DNA of 32,000 nucleotides from Alkalilimnicola ehrlichii MLHE-1 (GTDB taxonomy: Bacteria > Pseudomonadota > Gammaproteobacteria > Nitrococcales > Halorhodospiraceae). The notes below the pieces were generated by a model, which searched no databases, was not told the DNA's origin, and saw only the letters and a program-made list of their open reading frames with translations. The translations under genes were made by a program, and so were the position numbers. Below, piece by piece: positions 30,038 through 32,000 of this stretch (its first letter is position 1; the number at the start of each line of letters is the position of its first letter). The DNA is taken from the NCBI RefSeq assembly GCF_000014785.1, contig NC_008340.1:2250001-2282000 (forward strand). The letters are read 5' to 3'.

Positions 30038-30452
30038 GCGTCTTGCGAGCGATCATCGGGATACGGTGCAAACGGCCATGCTGTATACCGGGCCTGGCCA
30101 TGACTGACTCGGCAAACCCTTCAATCTGAGCAGCCTCTCCCTTGAGCATGACCGCCTCCACACAGAGGTCGTGATCCACGTGCATATGCAACGTCGTCAC
30201 CGTCAGATCGAAATGTGCATGATGGGCCTCGGTTAACCGCTTGGCCAGTTCACGCTCTTTGTGGTCATAAAGATAGGTCAGCACCCCAACGCACGGCGTA
30301 TCCGGACGCTCATCGAGTGCCTCGGAGCCTAGCGCACCACGGATCAGGTCGCGAACAGCCTCGGACCGGTTGTTATACCCCCGCCTCTCCAGAAAGTTAT
30401 CGAACTCGGCCGCCAATCCGCTTTCCAATGAGACCGTCACCCGCTCACTCAT
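30033..30452 (-). CDS. nikR: Nickel-responsive transcriptional regulator NikR
   Basis: Ribbon-helix-helix RVTVSLESGLAAEFDNFLERRGYNNRSEAVRDLIRGAL and Ni-site HHAHFDLTVTTLHMHVDHDLCVEAVMLKG. ATG at 30452. Confidence 0.93.
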   Translation of the reverse strand: MSERVTVSLESGLAAEFDNFLERRGYNNRSEAVRDLIRGALGSEALDERPDTPCVGVLTYLYDHKERELAKRLTEAHHAHFDLTVTTLHMHVDHDLCVEAVMLKGEAAQIEGFAESVMARPGIQHGRLHRIPMIARKTP

Positions 30453-31857
30453 CCGGACACCCCACGCTGCTCTCATCTGTCTCCAACGGCAGCCGCAGGC
30501 GGAACAACGCCCCGCCTTGGACATGGTTGTCGCCGCTTAGCTGGCCCCCATGACGCTCCACTATCCCAAAGCTGACCGAGAGCCCCAGTCCGGTTCCCTT
30601 CCCCACGGGTTTGGTGGAAAAAAAGGGATCAAATATCCGCCCCAATGCCTCCTCATCAATCCCTGGCCCGTTATCGTGGAACCAGAGCTCTACCATTCCA
30701 TCCACCACATGACCGGAGATTCGCAACACTGGATCCGGGCACCCCTGCAAGGCATCAACCGCGTTGCTCACGAGGTTAACGACCACCTGCTGCATCTGCC
30801 CCTGTGAGCCACGGACCCAGTACGGCTGCTGCAAGGCATGGACAACGGAAACGGGGTGGGATACCGCCTTCTCCACCCAATGCACTGATCGCTCCACCAC
30901 CTCCCGCAGATCAAACACCTGATCCGCATCCCGGTCTACTGCTGCAAAACGTTTCAAGGCATCCACGATATCGTGCGTGCGCTCAGCCCCTTCGACTGTC
31001 CCCTCGAGTAGCGGCGCAATATCCTCCAGGACGTAGTCGATGCGGAGTTTACTCCTCAGGCGTTGCTGCTCTTCCGCGCTCACTCCCCGGTGGATGGCGC
31101 CCAGATACTCCTCAAGACGCCCGAGATAACGCTTCAGGGCGAAGGCATTACCCACGACAAAGCTAATGGGATTGTTCAGCTCATGGGCCACACCGGCAAC
31201 CAGCTGACCGATCGATGCCAGCTTTTCGCTTTGAATGAGTTGCTGTTGGGTCCGCTTCAAGCTCTCATGGGCCTCACTTAAGTCATGGTAAGCCTGTCGC
31301 AGTTCGCCGACCGGCCGCCCGATCAAAACCAATCCCTGAATCCGTCCGATCCGGTCACGCAGAGGCGCACAGTTCACCGCCACCGGGTTATGGCCGCCCC
31401 GGTGATCAACGAAGTTGACCTCGCAATCATTAACCGCCACAGCCTCGGCATGCTCAAAAACGCCCCTGGTCAACAGGCGATCACGGGATGCCTGATCGGC
31501 AAGGAGATCCCGCAGCGGCCGCCCCACCAGTACATCGCTACCCTCTCCTACCAGCTGTTCCATAGCCGGGTTCACCCGCTGGACCCGCCCCTGGTGATCG
31601 CACACCACCAGGACATCCGACATGGCGGAGAGCACACTAAAGAGAAACTGCTGGGAGCGCTCCAGTTCTGCATTCTTGCGCTCGAGCTCCGTCTCGTTCT
31701 CCAGCAGTTCGCTGTAGACCTCATCCATCCGATGGATGACTTCCAGCCAGGTTTGCTCGTCGAAGCTGCCCTCGGAATCGGTCTGCCCTGCCCCGGGCGA
31801 CATGGCCTGATTGAGCAGGGTCTCCGCCCCACGTCGATGTCTTGAACGTTCACCCAT
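30445..31857 (-). CDS. hupT: PAS-domain sensor histidine kinase, HupT/HoxJ-like (hydrogenase signalling)
   Basis: WLEVIHRMDEVYSELLENETELERKNAELERSQQFLFSVLSAMSDVLVVCDHQGRVQRVN (HupT/HoxJ-like N-terminus), H-box GVAHELNNPISF, N-box VVVNLVSNAVDAL, G-boxes DNGPGI and GTGLGLSV. Adjacent to a hydrogenase large-subunit C-terminus. Confidence 0.85.
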   Translation of the reverse strand: MGERSRHRRGAETLLNQAMSPGAGQTDSEGSFDEQTWLEVIHRMDEVYSELLENETELERKNAELERSQQFLFSVLSAMSDVLVVCDHQGRVQRVNPAMEQLVGEGSDVLVGRPLRDLLADQASRDRLLTRGVFEHAEAVAVNDCEVNFVDHRGGHNPVAVNCAPLRDRIGRIQGLVLIGRPVGELRQAYHDLSEAHESLKRTQQQLIQSEKLASIGQLVAGVAHELNNPISFVVGNAFALKRYLGRLEEYLGAIHRGVSAEEQQRLRSKLRIDYVLEDIAPLLEGTVEGAERTHDIVDALKRFAAVDRDADQVFDLREVVERSVHWVEKAVSHPVSVVHALQQPYWVRGSQGQMQQVVVNLVSNAVDALQGCPDPVLRISGHVVDGMVELWFHDNGPGIDEEALGRIFDPFFSTKPVGKGTGLGLSVSFGIVERHGGQLSGDNHVQGGALFRLRLPLETDESSVGCPDE

Positions 31858-31879
31858 CGCCCGTTCGGGCCTCCGCTAG

Positions 31880-32000
31880 TCAGTGCACGGTACACACCAT
31901 ACAGGGATCAAACGACCGCACCACATGCTGGACCGCTACCGACTCCCCCGCATCCGCAGCAGGTGTCCCTACCAGCGCCTGCTCCAGCGGCCCGGGCACA
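31880..32000 (-). CDS. hoxC: [NiFe]-hydrogenase large subunit, C-terminal fragment; regulatory (H2-sensing) type, HupV/HoxC-like
   Basis: Manual minus translation ...VPGPLEQALVGTPAADAGESVAVQHVVRSFDPCMVCTVH*. It has the L2 motif DPCxxCxxH and stops directly after the His. It runs off the window edge and is not in the ORF track. Confidence 0.88.
   Translation of the reverse strand, partial: VPGPLEQALVGTPAADAGESVAVQHVVRSFDPCMVCTVH

Noticed and set aside
27929-30103. 724-aa plus-strand ORF opposite htpG
   Set aside because: Fully antisense to HtpG, which has unmistakable Hsp90 motifs. Its length is a GC-content artefact.
31859-31870. GCCCGTTCGGGC palindrome between the hydrogenase and kinase genes
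   Set aside because: Only 5-bp arms in very GC-rich DNA, so likely by chance. It could affect kinase translation, but nothing else supports that.

Overview
High-GC gammaproteobacterial chromosome; the gene content resembles Alkalilimnicola/Halorhodospira-type Ectothiorhodospiraceae (inference). Most of the window is housekeeping: carB (partial)-carA, yadG-yadH ABC exporter, nicotinate phosphoribosyltransferase, an H-NS-like protein, pdxH, an NfeD-type membrane protease, a HAD phosphatase, the dnaQ-rnhA-methyltransferase-gloB cluster, mltD, minCDE and htpG. Three areas stand out. (1) 19.2-27.9 kb: a sodium:solute symporter with a two-TM small protein and a TPR protein, divergent from two tandem DUF294-type nucleotidyltransferases (one with cNMP-binding and CBS domains) and a 729-aa membrane PAS / degenerate histidine-kinase protein fused to a DEDDh 3'-5' exonuclease. 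(2) 30.0-32.0 kb: the C-terminus of a [NiFe]-hydrogenase large subunit that stops exactly at DPCxxCxxH, as in H2-sensing regulatory hydrogenases, followed by a HupT/HoxJ-like sensor kinase and an overlapping nikR. (3) The carA leader: a 17-codon ORF followed by an intrinsic-terminator-like hairpin and T-tract upstream of a TTG start with a strong Shine-Dalgarno, which suggests transcription attenuation. No CRISPR array, tRNA, rRNA or intact mobile element was recognised.
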